Shown: piece by piece, positions 12,725-25,734 of the stretch | How positions within the stretch are numbered: position 1 is the stretch's first letter | How the letters are laid out: every line of letters begins with the position of its first letter | From: Nageia nagi | Lineage: Eukaryota > Plantae > Pinophyta | Length of the DNA: 64,000 nucleotides | NCBI GenBank assembly: GCA_050084985.1 | Contig: JBITNC010000001.1 | Span: 6,262,001-6,326,000, forward strand | Reading direction: 5' to 3' | The notes under the pieces: generated by a model | The model's input: only the letters and a program-made list of their open reading frames with translations | Told to the model about the DNA's origin: nothing | Database searches by the model: none | Made by a program: the position numbers and the translations under genes

Positions 12725-13118
12725 AAGGATATACGCCCCTAATTTAAAATGGATATATGCCCATCCTATTAACAGATATACACCCAAGATTTAATAGTTT
12801 ACAATTTGAATTTGAATTTTATGCCAAGGATATATGCCTAAGATTTAACATTTTTATATATGTCCCAAATTTAGAATACGATAAACATACCAAATTTAGA
12901 ACACAATATACACCCATAATTTAGTTAAGATATATGCCTACAATATATGCGATAGAGCGTAGGATTCGTATGGCGGGTGGGTGATAATATTTTGATACAT
13001 GCTCATGCTTAAAGTTTGATATACACCCAATGTATATCCCGATAGAGTAGAGGAATTGGGTGATGGGTGGTGGCATGATTTTGATATACACCTAGCATAA
13101 TTTTGATATATACCCATG
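12725..13118. repeat. Array of ~12 short GATATAYRCCY motifs with ~24-bp periodicity
   Basis: Motif copies at about 12728, 12752, 12775, 12829, 12856, 12880, 12905, 12929, 12994, 13018, 13083 and 13105, separated by variable linkers. Confidence 0.7.
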
Positions 13119-14295
13119 ATTTGTGGTCAAATTCAACTAGAGGATATCCTTCTCCAATTTAATTATATTAATATGGATAAAGTATTGGATCAAACAAGCA
13201 CAATAAGAGATAGAGAAGCTACATGAGAAGGTTGTGGGATAGGAATTGTAGACTCTAAAGAGGATAACCTAGAATGATAGAGACTCACTTGGTAGGCCTT
13301 GCTGACTCTACACGCTCTGATTTTGATGACTAGATGCAAAGGAAAATTGATGAGAATTTTAGAGATGTGCAATTCAAGACTAGTAGAATCAGAGGTGATT
13401 CTCTTGCCTCCTTGGATTGAATTGAAAAATATTAGTTCATTTATGATATCTCCACTTCAGACTCTTCTTGATTCATTATAAGTAAGATAATTAAAAATAA
13501 CTATGGACTTAACATCAAGCCTAATGGTGTCCTGAGTAAAAGGATAAATGATACTTCAATATTGGAATTTGACTCAAAGGATGGATGGTCTTTATGTGCC
13601 CACTGCTTTGATGGGGATAACAAATATTGAGCCATAATATTATTTAAAACTTTTTCAGATAGAGAAAGGATATAGATACAATGCCCCAACACACTAGACT
13701 TTAACAAATTCAATTTCAATGAACAAATTAGGGATCATCTTCAGAATGAAGAAGTTAGCCCAACCAAAGATAGAAAGATTAGCATAGATCTAGATCTATG
13801 GAAAATAACAAGTATCACCATCAATTGGAAGTGCTTGGAATATCAATAACTCACTCTAGTGATTCAATGTGTTGTTAACATGATTGTAACTGTTGCTCAA
13901 GAAGGATTCGATCAAAGGAAATTAAATTCAAGCTAATGGGAATTTGATCTAAATATGTTCCAAAAAGAGATGATCCTTGTCAAAAAACCAAAAATCATAG
14001 AAGCATCATAAATATCCATCCCAAATTGCACTAAAGGACCATTGGAAAATAGGGGTGTTTTTCAAGAAGGTAGCCTTCACATTATTGAGGGAAAAAGCAA
14101 TCGCACTATTGAGGGAAAAATCAGTAGAGGAGTACTATTTTCCAAAGTAGATACCCTAGAACTTCAAGGGTATCATCATGTAGGCTTGATCAAAATACAT
14201 AGAATGAAGATAAATTTTATAAATATTAACATGTTAGTAAAGATACAAATGCCAAGAATAATAGTAAAACATCTTTGAAACATCATGGATTCATT

Positions 14296-14388
14296 CTATT
14301 GCAACCTAGGAGATGTTACAACCCAATATTGCAACCAAGGAGTTGTTACAACCTAATATTGCAGCTAGGAAGCTGTTATGATCCAATA
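14296..14388. repeat. Three ~30-bp tandem repeats
   Basis: tattgcaacc(t/a)aggag(a/t)tgttacaacc(c/t)aa repeated three times, the third copy degenerate. Confidence 0.75.
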
Positions 14389-15598
14389 GAGGGTTTAACT
14401 CTCAAAATGCCATTTGGATCTATGATGTATTAATATGTTTCTATTTATTATTTTATGTTCCATACTTAATATCTTCTCCATGACTACTATGGTAAATCTA
14501 TAGAACAACATGTAAAAATAAGTTTTGGGGCCCTATCTAAAAACCCCATTTTTTAATATCTAAAAAAGCATAATCAACCTACATATTCATCATTCAATGC
14601 TACATATCAAATCAACTACATTAAAACCCCACCATCCAATCAATTATTTGTTATAATAATCAACATCATTATAGAAAATCATGGCCAATCATAAAAGCCA
14701 AATTGAATTCAACCCATGAATCAATAAGGCATTGAGACTAAGTCCCATAAAAAAGGGTCCAACTAAAATGCATCATAATAATAATGATTATGAAAATATC
14801 CAAAATCATATCTTGAATTTTCATTGGATAAATCACTTTCCTAAGAAGGAACAATCTTGATATACCTTCCATAAAGGATCAAATCAATCATGCTTCCATT
14901 GTTATACATCCCCATAAATACTTTACACTAACAATGATCAAATCCCTTAGATGGTATCTTAATATATTTAGGGATAAGAGGAAACTTGTCTCTAAATAAC
15001 AACAAATCATTTCATTCTATTGAAACAAAAGCTAACTTGCTCTTAAATAATCATAAATCATATCATTATGTGGATTTAAGCTATGAAATATATTTTGGTG
15101 ATGGTTTAAATATCTTACCTACATAGAGAGAAAGCATTTAAGGGAATGATCAATAATCAACAACCAATTATTAAACTAGTACTTCATCCAACAAAAATAA
15201 TTTTGATAGCCCTACTCAATCTATATTCCTATCCATATAAACTTTCATGGGAATGATCAATATAGTCAATCAAAATTGAAGAAGATACTTTTGCCACATT
15301 CAATAAGATAAAAACCTTTCTTGTGATCTTAGATTGCTAACATAAAAGCCTTAATAATCTCAAATCAATCGCCAAGATAAGAACCTTAGCAATTCATCAC
15401 ATTCATAGGATTCACCAAGATAAAAACCTTGGCACTTTTCAATATTGATCTTACTATGATCAATTCATGATAATTGCTGATGAATCCAAAAGTACCATTT
15501 GTTGTGTGTATTACTACCAAACCCACTAGGATTACTATCTCTTATTGCAATGTGATGAGCTTCTTTTCAACCTTGAATGCTAAAGGAACCCTTTGACT

Positions 15599-15806
15599 CT
15601 ATATGTGTGTGTGTGTGTGTGTTGATTTTTACTGCTTCAATTTGACATGTTGGGCTTGATACTTCGAAGTTGCCTTTCTACTTTTCTCTTTGTATATGTG
15701 TCACTCCTACACATTGGAGTCACTTTAGGCACTCCCTTACTCTTCTTATAGGTCTTTTTCTATAGTGCCATTTACCTTTTTATTTCTCTTTGACATTAGT
15801 ATCTAA

Positions 15807-15840
<34 letters not shown>
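15599..15840. repeat. (GT)n microsatellite (~15605-15622) and (TTA)n microsatellite (~15807-15840)
   Basis: Direct inspection of the sequence. Confidence 0.9.
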
Positions 15841-15841
<1 letters not shown>

Positions 15842-15859
15842 AAATGAATCTAAGATGAT

Positions 15860-16430
15860 ATATAAAAAACTAATAAAATTATATCATCATAGGTTTCTTG
15901 TAATCACTCAATAAACTTTCCTAACTCATCAACATCTAAAAAGAGGGTGGCTAAAACACTCTAATAAGTGGCTTGATTTTTCTAGCATACATAATAATAT
16001 AACCCCTTCATATGGCAACAAATTAAAATTGTAGATTGCAAATAAAAAATTTAAAATTTTTTAGGGTGGTAATAATATAAAAAAAATAACTAGCCTATTA
16101 TAAAACATCATTAATCCAAAATTTGAATATCCATCCTACCCACGTAAGATTAATAGTCTCAAAAAGAAATGATTGCAAAGCTAAGAACTAATTAATATGA
16201 GTTGCATAGTGAATTTAGTAGATGAAACTCATTTTCTCCTTATCTACACATGTTACAAAAATATTAGACAAACCTATAAGCATATTTGTAATTACAACTT
16301 GATACATGAATTCTTAAACCAAAATAAGCTTCACGATTTTATTATGCATCTTAATTTTGCTACAAACAATCATAAGACAAGTCTTTCAACATCCTTTTAA
16401 ATCCAATAGTTTGTAGGACCAATCAAAGTT
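15860..16430 (+). mobile_element. 3' fragment of a non-LTR retrotransposon (RTE-X-like, C-terminal CCHC region), plus strand
   Basis: ORF 16197 reads VDETHFLLIYTCYKNIRQ (degenerate EDExHFLLxC..Y..IR). The DNA is similar to the reverse complement of 16490-17000. Confidence 0.65.
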
Positions 16431-16479
16431 TGTCCAAAATTAAATATAAATCAATATGTATTTGAATGTTTGTTTCTTA

Positions 16480-17430
16480 TAGAATTACACTATACAATAA
16501 AATCGTCAAACTTGTTTTGGTTATATTAATTTAAAAATTCATGGATCGATCTATAATTACTAATATTTGTATAGGTTTGCATGATGTCTTTGTAAAGTGG
16601 ATAAAAAAGGGAAAATGAGTTTCATCTTCTATGGCATTTAAGTTATAAAGCTTGCAAGTTCTTTTATCCCAAGGTGTTTTTGGTATTGCCCATCTATGAG
16701 TTTCAATATGCAATTCATGTGAATTAGTTTTTATTTTTGCAATCGTAAGTTTCTTTTTGAGATCGATAATCTTATGTGGATAAGATGGATGATCAAGTTT
16801 TGAATTAATGATGTTTTTATAGTTAGTTTTCTTTTATTTTTTATATTATCATCACTCTATAATTTTTGAGTTATTTTATTTGCAATATGTAAATTGTAAT
16901 TTATCACTATTTGAAGGGTTTATATTAATATGGATACCCAAAAAATAAAGCCACTTATCAAAATCTTTTAGCAAACCTCTTTTAAGACGATGAGTTAGAC
17001 AAGTTGGGCAACTACAGGTAGCCTAAGAAGACTAACTTTGTTAATTTATAATTGTATAAGATAATACCATTTTAAAGCTTCACTTCCAGTAGAGAGTAAA
17101 CCAGGTTCCATGAGAAGGATAGGGTATGGTGTGTTGTTTTTTATCTTGAATTTATAAATGATGAATTATTTTTGAATTTGATCAATTTTATTCCATGTTT
17201 GTCAGGAAATGCTTCCACCCCAAACTTCACAACCATAGAATATTATTGGGGTTGCAAGACAAGAGAAAAGAGTTTTCTTTTATCTTAATTCCAAAGTCCT
17301 CTATTTTTACATTTATTTTCTAGACCATAGAAGGCTTTCCATCTAGCAAAGTTTTTTTTTTCAACACTTAGATTATAATTTACTTTGTTATTTATGTTGA
17401 TACCTAAGTACTTGTAAGAAATTAAAATTT
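16480..17430 (-). mobile_element. 3' part of a non-LTR retrotransposon ORF2 (RTE-X-like), minus strand
   Basis: Minus strand reads KYLGIN..WKAFYGLENKC..PIIFYGCEVWGG (17415->17210), then HELHIETHRWAIPKTPWDKRTCKL..AIEDETHF (16720->16610). Confidence 0.75.
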
Positions 17431-18199
17431 GATATTAATGTCGCGAGTGATCATAAAAATAGTCAATGGAGTTGTATAAAAATAAATATAGGAAGAGCAA
17501 GGAAGCACCTACTACAACTCTAATGTGTAAGATTGATAAGTGGACAAAAAGAGAGTGCCAAATACATCAACCATGCTTGACGTAGAGAAACTATATATAG
17601 AGAAGTCAAGGGGCTCCTTCAACATTTGAGGATGAAAAGAAACTCTTGATGTTGCAACCAAAGAAAGTAACTTTAGTGGCTTTAGTAGTAGTGTGTCGAT
17701 TGGTAATACTTCAAGAGTCTTCAAGGTTCATGTGACACTTCTAATTTGTAGCTTCATACAATTAAAAATAAGATGTGATAAGTTTAGGACTCACTAATGT
17801 TGAATCTATCAGCAATCACTTTCTATTTGAGGTAGGTGGCTTGTTTGATGTAGAGTGTGATGTATTTTTTATCTTCATAATTAATCCATGATTTCAAAGT
17901 GTGTGCACCTCTAAATAAGCAATGAAACTAACCATGAATTTTATAGTAGATGGGCCAAATGAATATGAAGTGCTCTTTAGTCTTTGGTTCCATGTTGTGT
18001 AGTTTGCATATACATTGACTTCTAAGGATATGATGGTGCATTGGCTTCTAAGGAAATGATGTTTCATCTCAATTATAAGATGGAACTAAGGATATGGTGG
18101 TCCTATCTAGGAGTTAACAAAGAGGTTGTCGCTTGATATATAGACATGCATAATAAACAATAAATAAATTATTTTTAAATTTGTTTAATTTTATTTATA

Positions 18200-18790
18200 T
18201 TTGTTAAAAAGTGTTTCCACCCTAATCCTTATAATCAAATATTTAGAAAATTATAAAGCAAGAGAAATATTTTTTTTAATCCCAACTCCAAAATCCAATA
18301 TTTTTACATGTATTTTCCATACAATAAAAAGCTTTCCATCCAACAAAGAACTTTTTTAATTACATAGATTTTAATTGAATTTGTGACTAATATTGATATT
18401 TAAATATTTATCAAAACAAATCACCATTAAAGGTTAATTATTAAAAATAATTATAAGTTTAATCTTTGTAGATTTAATTATCATAATTTTGATTTAGTCT
18501 ACATAATTGTTAAATCAAATATATTACAAATTACTTAAAGTATGTTTTATTGTTTTACAAAACCATCATAAGCTTTAACATGACAATGTCATCTACATAA
18601 ACCAAAAGAAAAATAATGGTGTTACAAAAGTTAAAGCTTATACACCCTACTTTTTCGATAATTTTTTTATTTGAATGTAGATACCAAACAAATGTTATTA
18701 ATGAAGGTTCCATTAAAATTCCAACCAAAAAAGTTTAATTATTATACATCAAAATATCAAATCTAATATTTAATCTACTACTGCATTATC
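18200..18790 (-). mobile_element. Further fragment of the same LINE family (RT YxDD region onward)
   Basis: Minus strand YVDDIVML at ~18600-18575. 18210-18420 aligns by eye with 17210-17415. Confidence 0.6.
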
Positions 18791-21700
18791 AACCCTCCTA
18801 ATAAAAATTATTTTAAAATCTTTAGTTACCTATTTATCCTTATAATATTTGTACAATATTAATTATATTTTATATAGCCTTTCATTCATTTTAAAATCTA
18901 ATTAACAATTAACAAAGAATCCTCTTCTATCGACCTTGTTGGCCTTGCTTCGTCTTTGAGTCCCGTGTTCAATTCCCACCATTCATGACATACATTGTAC
19001 TCCCCATACAATTATCCCATAGACCGCTCTTGGTCTCCCGTGGACATTAATAAACTTTCTTTCTTTCTATATCAATGCAATCACTATAAATACAAAACCA
19101 ATTCAAACATACTATATTTTCCTTTAACTAGTATTAATTATATTTTATATCCCTTCATTCATTTTAAAATCTAATTGACCTCTTCAGCCCATATAAATGT
19201 AATCACTACTGATATAGAAACAAATAATGTTTAACTTCATAAGCAAAAGAATATAGTTTTATAAAGAAACCAAAAACTCTATGTTAAGCAACATCTAGTA
19301 ACATGATTAAGAACCACCTATGACTTTTTACTATTTAATTGAATCCTATGTGTAACCCATAGGATTATTATTCAGATCTATGTATATGATCCTACAAGAT
19401 GAAGGGAATCATGCATAGGATCCACAAGAGCAAAGCCTATTCTGACTTGAACCGTTACATAATAGTTTTTTTTAGGAAAGTAGCAGTATGGATTTTTGCT
19501 CTACTAGGGTTTGTCTAGTTGGTGCATGATCTGAACTTGCCTCAGGGATCACACCGTATTGGTAGATGTACAGGAGGCATTATTTCTCTCAGCTTTGAGA
19601 GCCATGTCAGCCCTTCCCCGTCACCTTGCATGGCTTAGATCTTTTTTCCTTTTAATGGAGCCTGACCATTAAGCAACCTCAACTCTAGTTGATGCTGCTA
19701 CCCAAACGTTTACAGCAAGGTAATCCCCTTACTCCTGATGTCGATATTCCCTTTGATGAATTCAATAGTGCTTGTGGTTGACTTGAGAGCCATACTTCGA
19801 TAGGATATTTTCTGGGTCGTATTCCTACGGACTCTGTTATCCGTAGTTGGGTGCAATAGTACTGGACTTCTTATGGAGTCGAAGTTGAAAGTATTCAAAA
19901 TCTCACGAAAAGGTTTTTTCTCCTTCAATTTCCCCATGAAGACCATGCTTAGTCAATTTTCGACCATGGTCCATGGTATGTCCGTAACTTGCTCTTGGTG
20001 TTTCAACCATGGATGCGAGATTTTTTTGCTGGTGAAGGAGCTCCGTTGGAAATGCCCGTTTGGGTCAAACTCCCCGTACCCCTTTAGCCTGTTTTAGAAA
20101 GAATTATGGCTTCGTTAGGAACTTTTGTTTGCATTGAGCAACCTAGATTTTATGGAGTTTGGCCCTTCAAAAAGGTCTATGTCAAAATTGATTTATCCAA
20201 GGATCTTAGGGACAATCTAGTGGTCAAGGTCGGCAGTACCACGTTTTGTCAGAAGCTAGTTTATATTAACTTGTCGAATACATGTTCTCGGTGCGAATAT
20301 GTTGAGCATAAGATTTGAGATTGTCCTCTCATGGAGAGGAGATTCAAAGCCCGTGGACAAGCGACCCTAGCCACTACTCCATAACCTGTTAGGCAGCAGC
20401 ATGCCATGCAATCCGGGCATGGAGGTGTTGACCCTTTGGGGCAATGGGTTCCAATGACCAACTAGAAAAAATCGCAACCCACATCAAGGTGCCAGACCTA
20501 CTAGGATTCCTGCCCCCTCTCAAGGGAATGGCCAAGCTCCGCCAGCTCCCCCGGCTGTTACTCCTTCGTCGCCTCCCGCTCCTACTAATACCAGCAACCC
20601 ACCAAGAGACGTTTTAAAAGCCAAATACAAAGAGGGGTTAATGATACCAAGCAAGTCCCGCAACCCCTGGGTAGTGGAGTTGCCAACTGGTAAGAGAAAC
20701 GGTCCTTCACCATGTTCATAGGTAATAATCATGCCAACTTCCTTGCAAATCCTTATGCTTCCCTCGAGGAGCTTAGGGATGTGGAGGATTTTGACAATGT
20801 TATTGGTGATGATGAAGAGATAAAGGGTGATATGCACCTCAACTCTGCCCAATGATTTTTATATCTTGGAATGTCATAGGGCTAACGGACCAAGTTCGTA
20901 AGTACTTGGTCTATAATGAGATTGCTAAGATTATTAATTGTGTTGCTAAGATTGATTTTCTCTATCTCTAAGAAGTTAAAATCTCATATTTTAACCTGGA
21001 ATGTGTCAATTCCTTCTTATGGCGTAGGTGCTCCATGTTTTCTACTTTTCATTGCCATGGTAGAGGAGGTGCAATAACTTTGATTCCCCCAAAGTGGAAA
21101 GCATTGTTGGTCTTGTGGGGCGTGGACCCTTCCAATCAGGTGGTTTGGAATCTTTTTGATATTGACTGTCAACCTTTTGGGATTGTCAATATCTATGCTT
21201 CTAATCATGGGCCTCTTCGGAGTTCGCTCTAAGGGTGGCTTGTGTTATCTCTCCCCTAAGTTGTTTGGTTGTTTTGTGGGGATTTCAACATGGTGGAGAA
21301 AGTTGACGACAAAGTGGGCCATCTTCCAATAGATGGTGTGTGAGTGAAAGAGACATGTGGTTCTTTCTCAAGAACAAGCATGGTTTGGTTGACCCCAATA
21401 CTTGCCATGACACGCAAAGCTTCCTAAGCTCTCTTTGGTTCACCTGGTCGAATTTTCAATCGGGTGACTGCAGAGTTATCAAAAGATTGGATAGAGCCAT
21501 GCTCACAAGCGCTGTTGGTTTCTTCTTTCAAAGTTTATCCCCCACCGCTCCTCTGGTTTTTGCCTCTCTAGGCAACATCTCCAACCACTTGCCTATTGTC
21601 TTCAAGGTGGTTTCCCATGGTCCTCAACCCACTAACTTCCGTTCACAGTTCTGTCAAAATCTATCCTTTATGTCTCATTTGACCACCATTGCCCATATCT

Positions 21701-24700
21701 GTCGAGTCTAAAACCTGATGCCATGACTCAAAGAGAAGGTGGCATGGAATGATGCCATTCGTCGAACCTCCTTAGTGCCTAGGATGCAAGGTGTTAAACT
21801 CACCCATCTCCGAAAGCACTCGAGTAATGCTCTTTGGGAGGAGTTTGAGCTTGCCTCCATGCGCTTGGAAGGACCCAATGAATGTTTCTCTGCAACAACA
21901 CGTTGTTGTTGTTAGGCATGAGCTCAAAAAGGTTGAAGTCTTCGAAGCTAAAGGAGCCCAAATCCAAGCTCGACTCCACTGGCTCAAAGTGGGTGATCGA
22001 TTTCCAAAGAGTTCTTTCAAAAACTTTGTCCCCCTCAAATGGTAATACAATTCGAATCCATCCTCAATGAGGACATTTGTGTTACTGATCCGTCAGCCAT
22101 TACTAAGGCATTTGCAAAACACTACTCTCAAGTCTTCACTTCTCAAGAGTTGACTAAGGACCAACATTTAGCTCTGGATGAATGTTGCAGAGTAGTTTCC
22201 ACTAAGCTCTCTCCAACTCAAATAGAGGCCTGCAATTTTGGGCTTTCTTTGGAGGATTTGAAATCAGCCTTGGAGTGTATGGCAAATGAGAGAGCTCCTG
22301 GCCTTGATGGATTTCCTTATGAATTTTACATGAAGCTTTGGAATGTTATCGGCCCCGACCTCCTTTGTGTCTATCAAGAGGCCCTCGTAGTAGGATCTTT
22401 GGGAGCCATTATTAACCAAGGAAACATAAAGTTCATTTCAAATACGGGAGACCTGAAGTTGATTTCTAGTTGGAGGCTCATCACCCTTCTCAACGTCAAT
22501 TATAAAATTATTGCCAAGGCTTTAGCCCTCAAGCTTCGGACTTTGCTACCTTAGATAGTTTACCCCAAGCAAATTGGCTTTATCAAGAGCTAGTATATCC
22601 TTGACAATGACATTCCAGTCTAGGAAGGTATGGAATGGGCCCACTCATCTCAGCAAGACACTCTTTTTATCAAAATTGACTTTGAAAAAGCCTATGATAA
22701 AATTGAGTGGTATTTTATTTTGGCCATGCTTAAAGCCCTGGGCTTTGGCCCAATCTTTCTAGCATCAGTTCAAATGCTCTTCACTGATGCCATGGTAGTT
22801 CTTACCCTTGATGGGGTCCAATCTGTTGCCATTGGCCTCTTCAGATCGGTCAAACAAGGGTGTCCTCTTGCTCCTTTGCTTTATGTTTCAACTGCTAAAA
22901 CTTTCAACTATTTAATAGCTGATAAGCCCTCTCATAAACTAGTCAAAGGCATTTCCCTGCCTGGGAATGGGGGGCAATTAATTAATGGCCATTTCACGGA
23001 TGATTCCTTTCTTACTCTTCAAGAAGATAGGAACTCTGTGACTCAAGCTTTTGAATGCCTTGACACTTTTTGTAAAGCTTCGAGCTACAGCATTCAATGG
23101 AGAAATACGTCTTGTTACAGACAGGCACAGTTAGAATGCCCGAGTTGACTCTCCACCTTTCAATGGCAATGGATTGCCCTTGGAGAAATGTTCAAGTTTT
23201 TGGGGATTCCCTTTGCTTTCCAAAGCAACCCAGCCTAGCTTTGGAATTATGTTTTGCAATGAGTGGAAAAAAAGTTTTCCTTCTATACTACCAAGAAATT
23301 ATCTCTAGCATGGAAGTTCCTGATTTGTTGCAAAATTTTGGCCTCCATGCATGTCCATTACTCATCTTATTGGGTCCCTTCCCAAAATTGTTACAAAATT
23401 TTGGAAAAACACCTTAGAGATTTTTTATGGGCTAGCAACAAAGATAAGAAGGGCTTCCATCGTGTTGCGTGGGATTTATGTTGTTTACCTAGGGCCAAAG
23501 GTGGCATGGGGCTATTTGCTTGCTACAGGCAAAGAGTTGCCTTGAGTGCTAAGTGGGTCTGTCAAGCTTTGCACGGCTCAGAGGCTTGGAAGGTGCTTTA
23601 AAGGCATTGTATTACCTAAGGAATTCCTCTTGGAAGAAAAGCCGAGAAGGCTTTAGACTTCCCTTTGTTAATTGTTTCTCCTGTATTTATTAAGATTCCA
23701 AGGTCATTTGTTTGCTAGAGCATTTGGAAAGCCTGGGAAAGTATTAAGCCTTGGCTTCAATGGAATAATGTTAACAAACGTCAAGGGGTTGCTCTGGCTT
23801 CTTTGAGTGTCTGGTGGTCCCTTGTCATCACAATTCAAAATCAACTTTTGGCCTTTATCTAATGGATTCAAGCCAAGTGATTTTATAAAAAAAGGATTGT
23901 CTCCCTCTGATTTTTTTGACTACTCTTCCAAAGGTTGGATTCCTTGGGAAACCTTCAGATCTAGGTTTGCTCTAAAACCAAAAGATAAAGATACTTATGA
24001 GGCGGTCCTAAATTACACTTTGTTTTCTCTTTGGCCCAAGTTGGAACAACATTTGCAATGTCCATGGTGGATTGAATGGAAGTGGCTCTAAAGAGCTTCT
24101 ATTTGTAATTAAAGTTCCAAGTTGGGTTGTTGGCTCTCTCCCAACCTGCTCATGAACCCCAAAGCTCAATAAGCGGTTGGGGCTATCTTCCACTTCCCAG
24201 GAACGGAGAATTTGTTTCAAGACCCTTTGGGCCAGCTACATTGAGCCTAAGCAAGTTTTTTTTTTGGAGTATAATGCTTCATGGTTTGCCCGTAGGCAAT
24301 CAGCTTACCCATTTGAGGGTTGTCAACCCTCTATGCTTGTTCTACAACTCCAAAGAGTTAGTTGTTCATATGTTCTGGCAGTGTGGAAAGATGGATAAGG
24401 CATGGAGTTGGATGAATTCTTTTTTCCAACCTTTTTCGCAAAAGCCTTTATCTTGGCTAAAACATCTTCTCGAAGATCCCCCTGATTTTTCCCAACCATT
24501 GATAGCTTTTTGAAATATTTTTAAAATTAGAATTCTCTTCCATATTTGGAAAGAATGCAATGCAATAAGTTTTTGTTGGAAAACATGCTAATGTTGAATT
24601 CTCTCTAGCTGATAAGCTAACCATTTTCTATGACGTCTAGTTTCAAATTCAAGCACAAGTCAACAAAGTAGCGCTAGAGGTCAACCATTTGCAAGAGCTT

Positions 24701-25225
24701 CTCAATCACTAAGGGAATGCTCCCTACGTCGTGAGCCGAGTTCCTCCTCTTCCCCCCCCTCAACAGGGACATTCGCGCTTGCACTCTAGGCAACGTCATC
24801 ACCCCTTGTCGCAAGAATGGAACCAAAAGGATCGAAGCTTTGCCCATGGTTCACGACCGCCTCTGCACAGTACTAGGAGCCCCCTACCTATCTTCTGGAT
24901 GAAATAATCAAGGCTATGAGCCTCAACCTAGTCCACTTCCCTCACTTGGATGGGTGTTGCTGTTAATTCTTCCTACCAACCTACTAGCTAAGGTTGGGCA
25001 CAAGGTGATGGTGAAGGATGGCATGATGCAATTAATGCAAAACCTCAATGAGCATATGACATGATAGAGGGATGGGTTGCATCATCTTTCAAATGTGATC
25101 CCAAGTGGCACCAATTTCAAGAAACTCTAGACATAACTCACTACCCAAGAATTTCAATGAACATGTGGAAACATAAAAAGAAGCAAAAAAATGAAACGAG
25201 TAATAATAAGATTGCCACATCAATC

Positions 25226-25710
25226 TGATGCATGCGTTGTTGGGGCCGTAACTTTTGATCCGGATGTCGTTTTGCTCCAAATTTTGGACTGTGGCCTCGT
25301 GAAGATTTTCTAAATATGGGAGTTTGCTAGAACTGCCATACCCAAAAAATGATATTTTTAAGACCTGATCCATCCATCTAAGGTCCTACAAATAGGTTTT
25401 TTTAAGAGCACTTCCGATTTTTAGGCTTTTTTGCATGTTGCGACTTTAATAACTCTTATTTTTCTTTTAGTTAAGTGCTGGTATTTTAGATAATGCTTAA
25501 TTAGTGTAAGAGGGATGCGCATGCAAATTTTGGGCGCAATCTGACTCATTTTGGTTTTTTAGCTTTTTTGTTGCTATTTAAAAGGATTGTATTCTCTTGG
25601 AGAAGGGGTGTGGATTCAGGAATAAGAAGAGTATTTGGTCCGGATTTCTTCTGTATATTCTGTGATTGGATTTCAATTTCTATTTTCCTTTTACAGTTGA
25701 ATTCACATGA
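25226..25710 (+). repeat. 5' LTR of the chromovirus
   Basis: TGATG...CATGA (terminal C->G change). About 18 substitutions versus 30404-30888 counted by eye. Confidence 0.95.
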
Positions 25711-25712
25711 TT

Positions 25713-25725
25713 TGGTATCAGAGCC
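25713..25725 (+). promoter_or_regulatory. Primer-binding site, tRNA-iMet
   Basis: TGGTATCAGAGCC 2 nt after the 5' LTR. Confidence 0.95.
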
Positions 25726-25734
25726 AAGGAGAAG

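Noticed and set aside
12725-13118. Repeat-spacer pattern resembling a CRISPR array
   Set aside because: Repeats are only ~11 bp and degenerate, spacers are ~12 bp and partly similar, there are no cas genes, and the context is a plant nuclear genome.
13140-15590. Probable decayed retroelement interior and LTR
   Set aside because: I could not identify a protein motif, PBS, PPT or paired termini, so it is left unannotated.
18955-18985. tRNA gene suggested by gtgttcaattccc
   Set aside because: No cloverleaf or acceptor stem is present. At most it is a SINE relic.
19455-19480. Target-site duplication for the long L1
   Set aside because: aatagttttt versus aatcattttt after the poly(A) is too weak and low-complexity to call.
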